Source: a virus (Duplodnaviria; Caudoviricetes). From it: a stretch of 64,000 bases of DNA. The stretch lies in IMG/VR virus record IMGVR_UViG_3300045580_000473, positions 32,001 through 96,000 of that record. The stretch is one strand, 5' to 3'. A program made the translations under genes and the position numbers. Below are positions 43,002 through 50,417 of the stretch, in pieces. Under the pieces are notes generated by a model. It saw only the letters and a program-made list of their open reading frames with translations, searched no databases and had not been told where the DNA came from. The stretch's first letter is position 1. Every line of letters begins with the position of its first letter.

Positions 43002-43382
43002 TCAGCCTCCGTGGGGCGTATTATCAACTACGCAGTCAAAATTGATCAAGACGACATGCAGCGTGTACCGCCCAATATCAACCGCAAATACGTCGTAGCC
43101 ACAATAGTCGGGAAAACTAACAAGCGTAAATATGCCTTTGTGTTGCGGGTCGGTGTACATCGTCCGCTCTGTGGCCTCCAGCATCACTCCCGGGAGGCGG
43201 CCCCTTTTATTCAGATTAGTGCCAGATACCAGCCCGTTGCACTCAGCATATTTCGACGTCAGGTCGATTGAAATCGCCACCATGTCGGCACTTTCTGACA
43301 TGATCACGCCAGAATCAGGTTCGAGCACAATTTCGCCGGGCTCGATTTCGAGGCGAATTGGTTTCAACGTTTTTAACGACAT
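43002..43382 (-). CDS. Hypothetical protein
   Basis: Likely start ATG 43382. Confidence 0.6.
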   Translation of the reverse strand: MSLKTLKPIRLEIEPGEIVLEPDSGVIMSESADMVAISIDLTSKYAECNGLVSGTNLNKRGRLPGVMLEATERTMYTDPQHKGIFTLVSFPDYCGYDVFAVDIGRYTLHVVLINFDCVVDNTPHGG

Positions 43383-43387
43383 AATGC

Positions 43388-43474
43388 TCAGTCCTTGTGT
43401 TGTGTAAGAACCCAAAACAACAACACCTGCCCGAGCACAAGTACAGCGAGACCAGCAACTTCGGGCCATGTCAT
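43388..43474 (-). CDS. Small TM peptide (28 aa)
   Basis: GGAG RBS plus ATGA coupling; MTWPEVAGLAVLVLGQVLLFWVLTQHKD. Not in the ORF track. Confidence 0.5.
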   Translation of the reverse strand: MTWPEVAGLAVLVLGQVLLFWVLTQHKD

Positions 43475-43746
43475 TTTGTTCGCTCCCGAAGATTACGAAG
43501 AGCATGCAAGGCGTCGTCACCCTCGCGAGAGCCGTCGGGCAGTACGTTTGAACAGACGTACGTCAACGCCTCACGTTCATCTGGCCGCGGTCGAAGCCGT
43601 TCAATCTCGTCAGCCATTATGTGCATAAATTTCGATATGCCCGGCTCGCCAACTAAGTTATCGGCGTAGGCTCTGCCGGCCTGTGCAATATCATTCCAAT
43701 CGACGTTCTCGGCGTTCCCGCTGAGTTCCCATTGTTTGCTGCTCAT
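43471..43746 (-). CDS. Small protein, shared C-terminal module family
   Basis: DEIERLRPRPDEREAL...LRNLRERTK. Confidence 0.65.
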   Translation of the reverse strand: MSSKQWELSGNAENVDWNDIAQAGRAYADNLVGEPGISKFMHIMADEIERLRPRPDEREALTYVCSNVLPDGSREGDDALHALRNLRERTK

Positions 43747-43756
43747 TGCGGCGTAT

Positions 43757-43981
43757 TCATCCTTTGCTGCCAGAAACGTTTTTAACAACAAGCTTTGTGA
43801 CTTTTGGGATTTCAAGTAATTTGCCGGCATACAACGCTACGCCAAAAAGAACAATGCGAATCGCCGGGGCTTTGTTGACGGTTACAGCCAGTAAATACTC
43901 AAACCCCAGCCATTCCAGCCGAACGCCCCAATGCCGCTCTTGCTTAAAATGCGTCGTGGTAACAGTCCAATTGTCGTTCAT
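43757..43981 (-). CDS. Hypothetical protein
   Basis: ATGA-coupled. Confidence 0.55.
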   Translation of the reverse strand: MNDNWTVTTTHFKQERHWGVRLEWLGFEYLLAVTVNKAPAIRIVLFGVALYAGKLLEIPKVTKLVVKNVSGSKG

Positions 43982-44277
43982 TTCGTTCGCTCCAAAAATT
44001 CTCGCAACGCCGTGGCTTCGTGCGACGGCTTTCCATCAGTCCCGGTAGCTCCGCAGGTTGCTAGCGAATCCGCCACCTCAATAGCCCACTCAATTACCGT
44101 CCGCTCATCGTCGGTGGGCCGCAGACGGGTTATTTCGGCGTTGACGAGTCGCAGCACCCGATCATGCTCTTCGTTGAGGTCTTTCAAGGCGTCGTTAATC
44201 GGGCATAGCAAAAAGTAATAATGCCCCAACGTAGTGGCTAATACGCCGCCCAAACACCAGAAAAGGTTTTCAATCAT
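43978..44277 (-). CDS. Small protein, shared C-terminal module family
   Basis: AEITRLRPTDDERTVI...LREFLERTK. Confidence 0.65.
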   Translation of the reverse strand: MIENLFWCLGGVLATTLGHYYFLLCPINDALKDLNEEHDRVLRLVNAEITRLRPTDDERTVIEWAIEVADSLATCGATGTDGKPSHEATALREFLERTK

Positions 44278-44282
44278 TTCGA

Positions 44283-44522
44283 TTACCCTAGTTTACTGTA
44301 ATCCCACGTGGCGGCATCAAAACACTCGCGGCATAAAACGGTTTTGAGAATTTTGTTGTACTCAACCAACCCGTTTTTATCGGGTTCAATACTGCTGCCT
44401 ACTAATCCGCCGGAATTTTTTGGATTTGTTGTGTAGAGGCTGCCGTGAATCACTAAGCCGTCCAATTCGCCTATTATCGTTTTTCGGCAACCGTCGCACA
44501 GGTAATACTCGACTGTTTTCAT
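44283..44522 (-). CDS. Small Zn-finger protein
   Basis: CDGC...CREC; ATGA-coupled start at 44522. Confidence 0.6.
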   Translation of the reverse strand: MKTVEYYLCDGCRKTIIGELDGLVIHGSLYTTNPKNSGGLVGSSIEPDKNGLVEYNKILKTVLCRECFDAATWDYSKLG

Positions 44523-44836
44523 TTTGTTCGCTCCAAAAAGCCTTGCAACGTTGCGGCACACGACGACCACGAATTAGCGTTAGTCTGTTCGTTAGCCAGA
44601 CCTGCCGTTGCCCCGCACAAATAAATAGCGTCGTTCATGGCTTCCCGCTCCATATCCGTGGCAACATGCCGGCGTAATTTCGCAATTTCGGCAACGGCCC
44701 ATTGAATCACTTCGGTCGCCGGAATTTGACGTACACCGGTATCATCAGGGTCGCCGCCATACGCCAAATGTGATACTTGATCGCCGAGCGACGCTAAAAG
44801 GTCTTCCATAGTTAACACTTCTACTTCTTCGCTCAT
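44519..44836 (-). CDS. Small protein, shared C-terminal module family
   Basis: AEIAKLR..TDMEREAM...LQGFLERTK. Confidence 0.65.
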   Translation of the reverse strand: MSEEVEVLTMEDLLASLGDQVSHLAYGGDPDDTGVRQIPATEVIQWAVAEIAKLRRHVATDMEREAMNDAIYLCGATAGLANEQTNANSWSSCAATLQGFLERTK

Positions 44837-45030
44837 CGCTGCTGGCTCCGTGCCCGGTCCGCCTCGATTTGTCCCACCGCGTATCGAATATCCTGCCGCA
44901 CTGAATCGTGCACAGCGTTGATCAGGGCTTTTTCGTAACTCCCCTCACCCGCAATTTTTACGAGTGCGGCTACTTTAAATGGAATGGCTTTCAAAATGTC
45001 TAGTGCGTCTGCGGGCTCACACATCTGCAT
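44833..45030 (-). CDS. Hypothetical protein
   Basis: AAGGAG RBS. Confidence 0.55.
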   Translation of the reverse strand: MQMCEPADALDILKAIPFKVAALVKIAGEGSYEKALINAVHDSVRQDIRYAVGQIEADRARSQQR

Positions 45031-45259
45031 ATTCTCCTTGTCGATTTAACAGTGGTAACAACGCTGCGGCATGTTGCCGCGTTAATTTGTCACGAGAGTT
45101 TGTAAACGCAGCAAAAAACGCTATTGCTTCGCGTTCTGCCGGGGTGCACCGTAATTCGGCGACCCGCTCTTCCAATAAATCAATTGCCATCTGCGGGTTG
45201 CAATACTGGCACCCGTCGCCAACTAGCTTGGTTCGCAAGTTGCATTTACACGCACTCAT
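45017..45259 (-). CDS. Small Cys-rich protein, shared module family
   Basis: CKC..GDGCQYCNP; AELRCTPAEREAI. Confidence 0.65.
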   Translation of the reverse strand: MSACKCNLRTKLVGDGCQYCNPQMAIDLLEERVAELRCTPAEREAIAFFAAFTNSRDKLTRQHAAALLPLLNRQGEYADV

Positions 45260-45560
45260 CGTTTACCTCGCCAACAACCTCAGAAAATACTTGGCTGGCT
45301 TTTTGTTGCCTATCTAGCCATTTGCGTTCTTTTTTTATGTGCTCCACTGCCTGCTCTTCAGTATCAAACTGCAACGGATAGCGGTACGTCCCGTAATCTG
45401 TTTGTTTGACGTCTTGCAGAAAATAAGTCCAGCACCCCCAACGATAAGCTAATTGAAACCATTGCTTGCCGTTGCCGTCCGTGAATTTGACGACAGAATA
45501 TTTACGTGACGGGCAGTAGTCTGTGAGTAAGTAGGATTTTTCGCCTGTTACGCAGTACAT
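45246..45560 (-). CDS. Hypothetical protein
   Basis: GGAGG RBS, TAATG coupling. Confidence 0.6.
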   Translation of the reverse strand: MYCVTGEKSYLLTDYCPSRKYSVVKFTDGNGKQWFQLAYRWGCWTYFLQDVKQTDYGTYRYPLQFDTEEQAVEHIKKERKWLDRQQKASQVFSEVVGEVNDECV

Positions 45561-45760
45561 TATTTGCCTCCCAGCCGCTCCAGTAGGCCGTCGATGATTT
45601 TCACGCCGTGCGGCAGCAAGTACTCAGACCGGCGTAGCGTGTCCAAAAGCTCACGCTCCGCGTCGGTGAGACGCAGGCGAGCGATCTCTTCCTCCAGTGA
45701 CTTGATCTTCGCCTCTCGCTCGGCCTCAAGCCGGATATGCCACGCATCATGCAGCCTCAT
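45560..45760 (-). CDS. Small protein, shared C-terminal module family
   Basis: Start ATG 45760; EIARLRLTDAERELL...GLLERLGGK. Confidence 0.6.
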   Translation of the reverse strand: MRLHDAWHIRLEAEREAKIKSLEEEIARLRLTDAERELLDTLRRSEYLLPHGVKIIDGLLERLGGK

Positions 45761-46599
45761 CCCCCACCCCCCATCCGCTCCAGCAGGCCGCGAAGGGTGG
45801 CGGCGTCTTGCTCTGTTTGTGTTTTTCCGTAGTCCGCCTGCAAGTATCGAAGCGTATCCGAAGCCCGCCCAATCGCCTCCCGCTCCGCGTCGGTGAGACG
45901 CAGGCGGGCGATCTCGGCTACTGCCGCAGCCATCGCGTCGGCTATATCGCCCTCCCACGCCACGCCCGGATTCAGGTGAATCCAGTACGACGCTGCACGG
46001 CTTATTACATCCCGCAGCCGAGCGACCTCCGCCGTGGGCGGATGGCGGCCGTCCACCAATGGCACTGCTTGCGGAGTTGATGCAGGCCGTTGCTTTCGCA
46101 GCCACACCACAACCTCCTCCGCCTGTCGCCTGCTGGAGCATCTCCATAGCGGCAAGTTGTCACCCGGCATGACGCCCCATGCCAGAGGTTGCACAGAACC
46201 ATCCGATGCACCAGACCGCTCATTCTCGTCGTTCATAGTTGCCACCTCCTGCGTTCGCGGCTGTTGATCTCGCGTGTTCTGTGTACCAAAAGCCACGCCC
46301 CGCTCGGCAACCGCATCACCGGGTGGCGGCAACAAGTGCCTCGCAACGTCCATACGGTCAATTTCGTCGTCACTTATTGCTCGGTCTTTAATAGGCTCAA
46401 GCATCTTGTCTCTTTCTTTTTTATCCCGCACAGGCTTTGGGTCGTACCAATTTTGCCAAAAGTTCGGGTCTCGCATCTGTTCTTCGACCGTCAACCCACG
46501 CAGCCCGTCGTCGTCACCTGCGTGGACGACCAAAAATCCAAATAACGTCAACACAATAACCGGCGGTACTAAGTCTTTAACAGTCATTACCCCCTCCAA
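45757..46599 (-). CDS. In-frame fusion ORF spanning an attC-like site; internal start at 46236
   Basis: AGGAGG plus ATG 46236 inside the hairpin; C-terminal EIARLRLTDAEREAI...LRGLLERM. Confidence 0.55.
   Translation of the reverse strand: MEGVMTVKDLVPPVIVLTLFGFLVVHAGDDDGLRGLTVEEQMRDPNFWQNWYDPKPVRDKKERDKMLEPIKDRAISDDEIDRMDVARHLLPPPGDAVAERGVAFGTQNTRDQQPRTQEVATMNDENERSGASDGSVQPLAWGVMPGDNLPLWRCSSRRQAEEVVVWLRKQRPASTPQAVPLVDGRHPPTAEVARLRDVISRAASYWIHLNPGVAWEGDIADAMAAAVAEIARLRLTDAEREAIGRASDTLRYLQADYGKTQTEQDAATLRGLLERMGGGG
46192..46283 (+). other. Integron attC-like imperfect palindrome (92 bp)
   Basis: CACAGAAC-CATCC-GATGCACCAGACCGC ... GCGGCTGTTGATC-TCGCGT-GTTCTGTG: AAC/GTT R box, unpaired spacer, L box with two extrahelical bases. 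Confidence 0.65.
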
Positions 46600-46942
46600 G
46601 CCGCTCTAGCAAGCCGCGAATAACGACTGCTTGTTTCATTCGTTTTGCGGCTTCAGTATGGCGAACCTGCTCATAACACAGGGCGGCACTGTCTTCGTAA
46701 TCTTTCACGCATTGAGCCAGCACCTCTCGCTCTTCTGGCGTGAGCGTGCCATCCATATCCACTGTCACGTTGCCGTTGCACATCGAGACGGTTGCATCCT
46801 GATCTGCAATACGCCGAATGGCTTCTTTGAGCCGTTCGTTCTCGGCCTGTAACTGCTCCAACTTTTCGCCATTGTCGGCTTTTATCGCCGCCATAAGCCG
46901 CTGGTGTTCGCGTTCAACTTCTTTTTCGTATCCGAACGCCAT
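46577..46942 (-). CDS. Small protein, shared C-terminal module family
   Basis: TLTPEEREVL...IRGLLERLGGG. Confidence 0.65.
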   Translation of the reverse strand: MAFGYEKEVEREHQRLMAAIKADNGEKLEQLQAENERLKEAIRRIADQDATVSMCNGNVTVDMDGTLTPEEREVLAQCVKDYEDSAALCYEQVRHTEAAKRMKQAVVIRGLLERLGGGNDC

Positions 46943-47205
46943 CAGTTAGTTTCCTTTGAGTTTTTCAGCCGGGCGTTTTCCGCCTGCAACTCATCGCACT
47001 GAACGCCTACCCTGTGACAACATTCCAGCATTGTCTCGACTACCGGCGAAGCTCGGTAAAGCGGAATAATTTTGGCCTGATCGCGGCTGTCGGTTAATTT
47101 GGCAATATAGTCTTCGGCGTCTTTTCGTTTATGAAACAACGGCGTGACACTGCCGATAGGGGCTTCAATGCCGTAAGCAAAAGGTTCTGTGTATTTCGGA
47201 GTCAT
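46942..47205 (-). CDS. Hypothetical protein
   Basis: GGAG plus ATGA-coupled start at 47205. Confidence 0.6.
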   Translation of the reverse strand: MTPKYTEPFAYGIEAPIGSVTPLFHKRKDAEDYIAKLTDSRDQAKIIPLYRASPVVETMLECCHRVGVQCDELQAENARLKNSKETN

Positions 47206-47618
47206 CCAATTCGCTCCAGAATTCCTCGCACCATGTCGATATGCTCGTCCCACACACGCCGCTCGACGGGCGACGAACACAAATCTCGATATTCAATCAT
47301 CACCCGTTTTGCCTTCTCGATTGTCGCTGCTTCCTGTGGCGTCAGCAGTGTCGCGGAAAGCAACTTCTTGTCGATAAGCACCCGCGAGTCGTCGCCGCCA
47401 GCACGGTGATGCACACCCAGCACAATAGCCTTGGGCTGGTGCATGGTGATCAAAGCACAGGCGTCTGCCGCGGACATCGCCACGACTTTGACGCCATAAT
47501 GCTGATACGTCAAATATTCCTTTTCCGGGTCTTCGCTGTGCTTGTACTTCCGAATAACCGGAACCTTGTACCGCACGTCCCACATTTCGGCGGGCTTGTC
47601 TGCCACTATTAATTGCAT
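47202..47618 (-). CDS. Small protein, shared C-terminal module family
   Basis: LLTPQEAATI...VRGILERIG. Confidence 0.6.
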   Translation of the reverse strand: MQLIVADKPAEMWDVRYKVPVIRKYKHSEDPEKEYLTYQHYGVKVVAMSAADACALITMHQPKAIVLGVHHRAGGDDSRVLIDKKLLSATLLTPQEAATIEKAKRVMIEYRDLCSSPVERRVWDEHIDMVRGILERIG

Positions 47619-47621
47619 GCG

Positions 47622-47966
47622 TCAGTCCTTTTTGCTCGGGTCGAAAGTTTTGTGGGCCTCCAGCAGCCGGTCTGCTGACAGCCCCCAACCGCACGGACAG
47701 TCAGGATGGTGCACCGGGGTGCCAAGGCGGCTGTCCCGCAAAATAATGTACCAATGCTTGTCGTGTTCAACGGTCTTGGCGTGCGGCGAAACAGAAATCA
47801 CTGATTCATTCGTCGGGCCAAACTTCCAGCTCACCCAAAAAATCAAACACGGAATAGCTGTCCATATAAAAATTGTTAACGCTATAAACAACATTTCGCT
47901 CGGGGACCTTCCCCACGTTTCAATACACGAGTTGTGCCACCGCCGGTAGTTCTCGCTAAAACTCAT
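47622..47966 (-). CDS. Membrane protein with HHPDCPC motif
   Basis: GGAGG RBS before ATG 47966; one TM helix. Confidence 0.65.
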   Translation of the reverse strand: MSFSENYRRWHNSCIETWGRSPSEMLFIALTIFIWTAIPCLIFWVSWKFGPTNESVISVSPHAKTVEHDKHWYIILRDSRLGTPVHHPDCPCGWGLSADRLLEAHKTFDPSKKD

Positions 47967-47980
47967 ATCGCACCTCCAAA

Positions 47981-48121
47981 TTGATCGGACGGGAATTGCA
48001 CCCGCTATGTGCCTCACCGCCATGCTGTCTATATCGCCGCGTCCGGCTAGTTCAAGCACGTGGCTGTTGGGCACCGGCACACTAAAGTGCCGCCTTAGTC
48101 GCTGTCACTAGGAGCCGATCA
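47981..48121 (-). ncRNA. tRNA-like RNA of 141 nt with expanded central region
   Basis: 7-bp acceptor stem TGATCGG/CCGATCA, T-arm GCGGG-TGCAATT-CCCGT, internal hairpins; begins 4 nt downstream of tRNA-Gln. Confidence 0.6.
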
Positions 48122-48125
48122 AAAA

Positions 48126-48196
48126 TTCGGGGACTACGATTCGAACGTAGAATAACCCGTCCAAAGCGGGTTGTGATACCGTTTCACCATCCCCGA
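48126..48196 (-). tRNA. tRNA-Gln(UUG)
   Basis: Acceptor TCGGGGA/TCCCCGA, anticodon arm ACCCG-CTTTGGA-CGGGT, T-arm CTACG-TTCGAAT-CGTAG; CCA not encoded. Confidence 0.92.
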
Positions 48197-48371
48197 GCAC
48201 GCTTTGCATCCTTGCATTTACGATTTCCGACACACGCGTAATAGGAGTCATCTTAGTTTGAACGTTGTCGGCTTCGGTGTTACAAACCCACTACCGACTT
48301 GGGTGCTGGGCCGCCGTCAATGAGCAGCGGCTTTTGGAGACCATACAAGGAAGCCAGCCCTCCCATCAATT

Positions 48372-48947
48372 TTAGACCGGAAGTAAGCTAGTAAACTTTC
48401 TTGCCAGTTCAATGGTCACCAGATTGTCGTTCTCGGCGTTGTGCATGCTCTGCGATTTCATGTGCGGCAGAAATCTATCCCGCAGAGCCGTCAGCGAATA
48501 ACCGCCGCTGTACATATTGCCGGCAGTAAAAAACCGAGCAATGCCCGCCGTATCCAAAAACGGATACGTGAAAAACTCGTTCCACTCTGCGTCAGAGAGC
48601 AAGTACGCCCGGATAAACTGCACGTCGAAATTGACGTTGTGCCCCGCGGGGATCAACCGCTTCTTGTTCGTCGCCGCGATCGCCCGCTGGATGTAGTCCT
48701 TGAGGTGCTGCTGGGCCAGCGGCAAATCAAACGCGGTCCGGTTGTGTTCAACAATGTCGATTTTATTCACCGACAACGCCCCGGCCGTGAGTGCGTACTC
48801 CTCGTGCCGAACGCGAAGGTGAATTCCCGGACTGTGATTGCCTATTGGAACGATGTTGAAAGCAGCGTCCGTTGCAATGCACGAGACTGTCAGCAGGCTG
48901 TGCTTGGGCGTCAACCCGCCGGTCTCGGTGTCCATAAACAGGTACAT
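48372..48947 (-). CDS. DEDDh 3'-5' exonuclease (DnaQ/RNase T-like)
   Basis: DTETGG, GHNVNFD, LDT, HNAEND. Confidence 0.9.
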   Translation of the reverse strand: MYLFMDTETGGLTPKHSLLTVSCIATDAAFNIVPIGNHSPGIHLRVRHEEYALTAGALSVNKIDIVEHNRTAFDLPLAQQHLKDYIQRAIAATNKKRLIPAGHNVNFDVQFIRAYLLSDAEWNEFFTYPFLDTAGIARFFTAGNMYSGGYSLTALRDRFLPHMKSQSMHNAENDNLVTIELARKFTSLLPV

Positions 48948-49231
48948 CAGAATCCTTCTTCTTCTACCGCGTCCTGCTCAAACCCGACGAACTCTCCGCC
49001 GTCCTCGTTGAACAGAATTCCCGGCTGGGTGGGAGTCGCGTGGATGTTGTCGGCAGTCTGTTGAGCCGTCCGCTTGAGCAATTCGTAAATCTCGTCTCCG
49101 TGTTCCGTACCAAAGTGGGTGCATAGCAATCCGCGTACGGTTAGATACTGGTCGTACTCGAACGAATTGCTGCTGCCTTCAAACTCCAACTCGTTGTCGT
49201 CGTTAAAGTCAGCAAAATGAGAGGGTGTCAT
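48947..49231 (-). CDS. Hypothetical acidic protein
   Basis: Operon-packed. Confidence 0.65.
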   Translation of the reverse strand: MTPSHFADFNDDNELEFEGSSNSFEYDQYLTVRGLLCTHFGTEHGDEIYELLKRTAQQTADNIHATPTQPGILFNEDGGEFVGFEQDAVEEEGF

Positions 49232-49235
49232 AGTG

Positions 49236-50414
49236 TTAGAAAATAATAGTTAATGAAACGAGGCGATCCTGCAAAGGAAACAGATATACGCCTCGCAGAG
49301 AGTAGTGGCGTGGGGCTTCATGCCGCATGACTACCACGTCCTTGTAATCAGGATAATTCGGGTTTGGCCGCTGAGCCAACCACGACCGGCTGTATGGCCC
49401 GTACGTGTCTTGGCTGGCTTCAAGAACGACCAGCATGTCGCTGGCCGGCACACGAATGCGGATAGACGCCCCTACAGGGCCCGTCGCTCCCGTAACGCCC
49501 ATCCTAGCGGCCTCGCGACCCGTGTCAAATACGTGCTCCAGCGGCTGCAGGTCCGACGCATCCGTCCGGCCACGAAGATGCATGCCTTTAATCTTGCCCA
49601 AACTACCGGCTTTGATTTTGTCGCCTTGGGTGGCGTCAAGAATGCCCCAGCCAACCAGATCATCGCAGGCGGCTACGTACATCAGCATGACCGCCGGACT
49701 GAGGTTCTTAAAGTCTTCCGGTGCTGTCGAGACCGAGAGGTTGGAGTCGTCGTGGGCGACCTGTAAGAACTCTCCGGTTTCGAGCAGCACGTCGAACCGC
49801 TTGTCCGGGTGCCACGAGGCTAAGCCGCGAACTTCCGGGCCGCGTTGCCCGTCCGGCGTGCTCGAACGGTACTTCACCACGGTCATACGAAGCTCTGCCG
49901 CAAGCTCGGGCGTGAACTTGACCGGCTCGAATACCCGCCGCACCAACCCGGGATTGAATATCTCGGGAGCTACGACGGGCAACTTAGGGTTTACCGCAGG
50001 CTTAGGCGGAAAACTGGTTTCCGCCACAAGCTTGATGTTTGCCCAAAGATTGTCGAACGAAACTTCTGCCGTCGGGTCCGCCTGATACTCGTCGAGAAAC
50101 AAGAGCAGGCCGGAGCGGATAACAGACGGCACGTGCTCAACCGGGACGCCCAGCTTTTGCACGTCGTCGTGGCAGCCTTTTGACAGAAGGTTTTTCGTGA
50201 CCGAGAACGGAATCCGTCGCCAGTCGCCGTATGCCATATTGGTCGACGCCAGAAGCTCGGCTATCGAGAACACGTCCGTGGCACTCTTGGTGTGCCGCAA
50301 AAGCTCTACCAAGCCAGCCAGCATAAATAGCTTTTCCCCCTCGTCGTGTTTGTCGAGGCTGGCGAGAAAAGCATCAAAAGGAGCTAAAAAGTTTTCTTCG
50401 CTATCTGTGCTCAT
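49236..50414 (-). CDS. Hypothetical protein
   Basis: 392 aa, operon-packed. Confidence 0.75.
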   Translation of the reverse strand: MSTDSEENFLAPFDAFLASLDKHDEGEKLFMLAGLVELLRHTKSATDVFSIAELLASTNMAYGDWRRIPFSVTKNLLSKGCHDDVQKLGVPVEHVPSVIRSGLLLFLDEYQADPTAEVSFDNLWANIKLVAETSFPPKPAVNPKLPVVAPEIFNPGLVRRVFEPVKFTPELAAELRMTVVKYRSSTPDGQRGPEVRGLASWHPDKRFDVLLETGEFLQVAHDDSNLSVSTAPEDFKNLSPAVMLMYVAACDDLVGWGILDATQGDKIKAGSLGKIKGMHLRGRTDASDLQPLEHVFDTGREAARMGVTGATGPVGASIRIRVPASDMLVVLEASQDTYGPYSRSWLAQRPNPNYPDYKDVVVMRHEAPRHYSLRGVYLFPLQDRLVSLTIIF

Positions 50415-50417
50415 GTG

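Noticed and set aside
47967-48080. N-terminal extension of ORF 47622..48080
   Set aside because: It overlaps the tRNA-like RNA, and a GGAGG RBS supports ATG 47966.
48075-48092. TTA anticodon (ochre suppressor) in the tRNA-like RNA
   Set aside because: The stem closes a 6-nt loop rather than a canonical 7-nt anticodon loop, and TAA is used normally as a stop codon in this window.
49465-49500. [12 protein letters not shown] collagen-like patch in the 392 aa protein
   Set aside because: Only 3-4 triplets, too short for a triple helix; could be chance.
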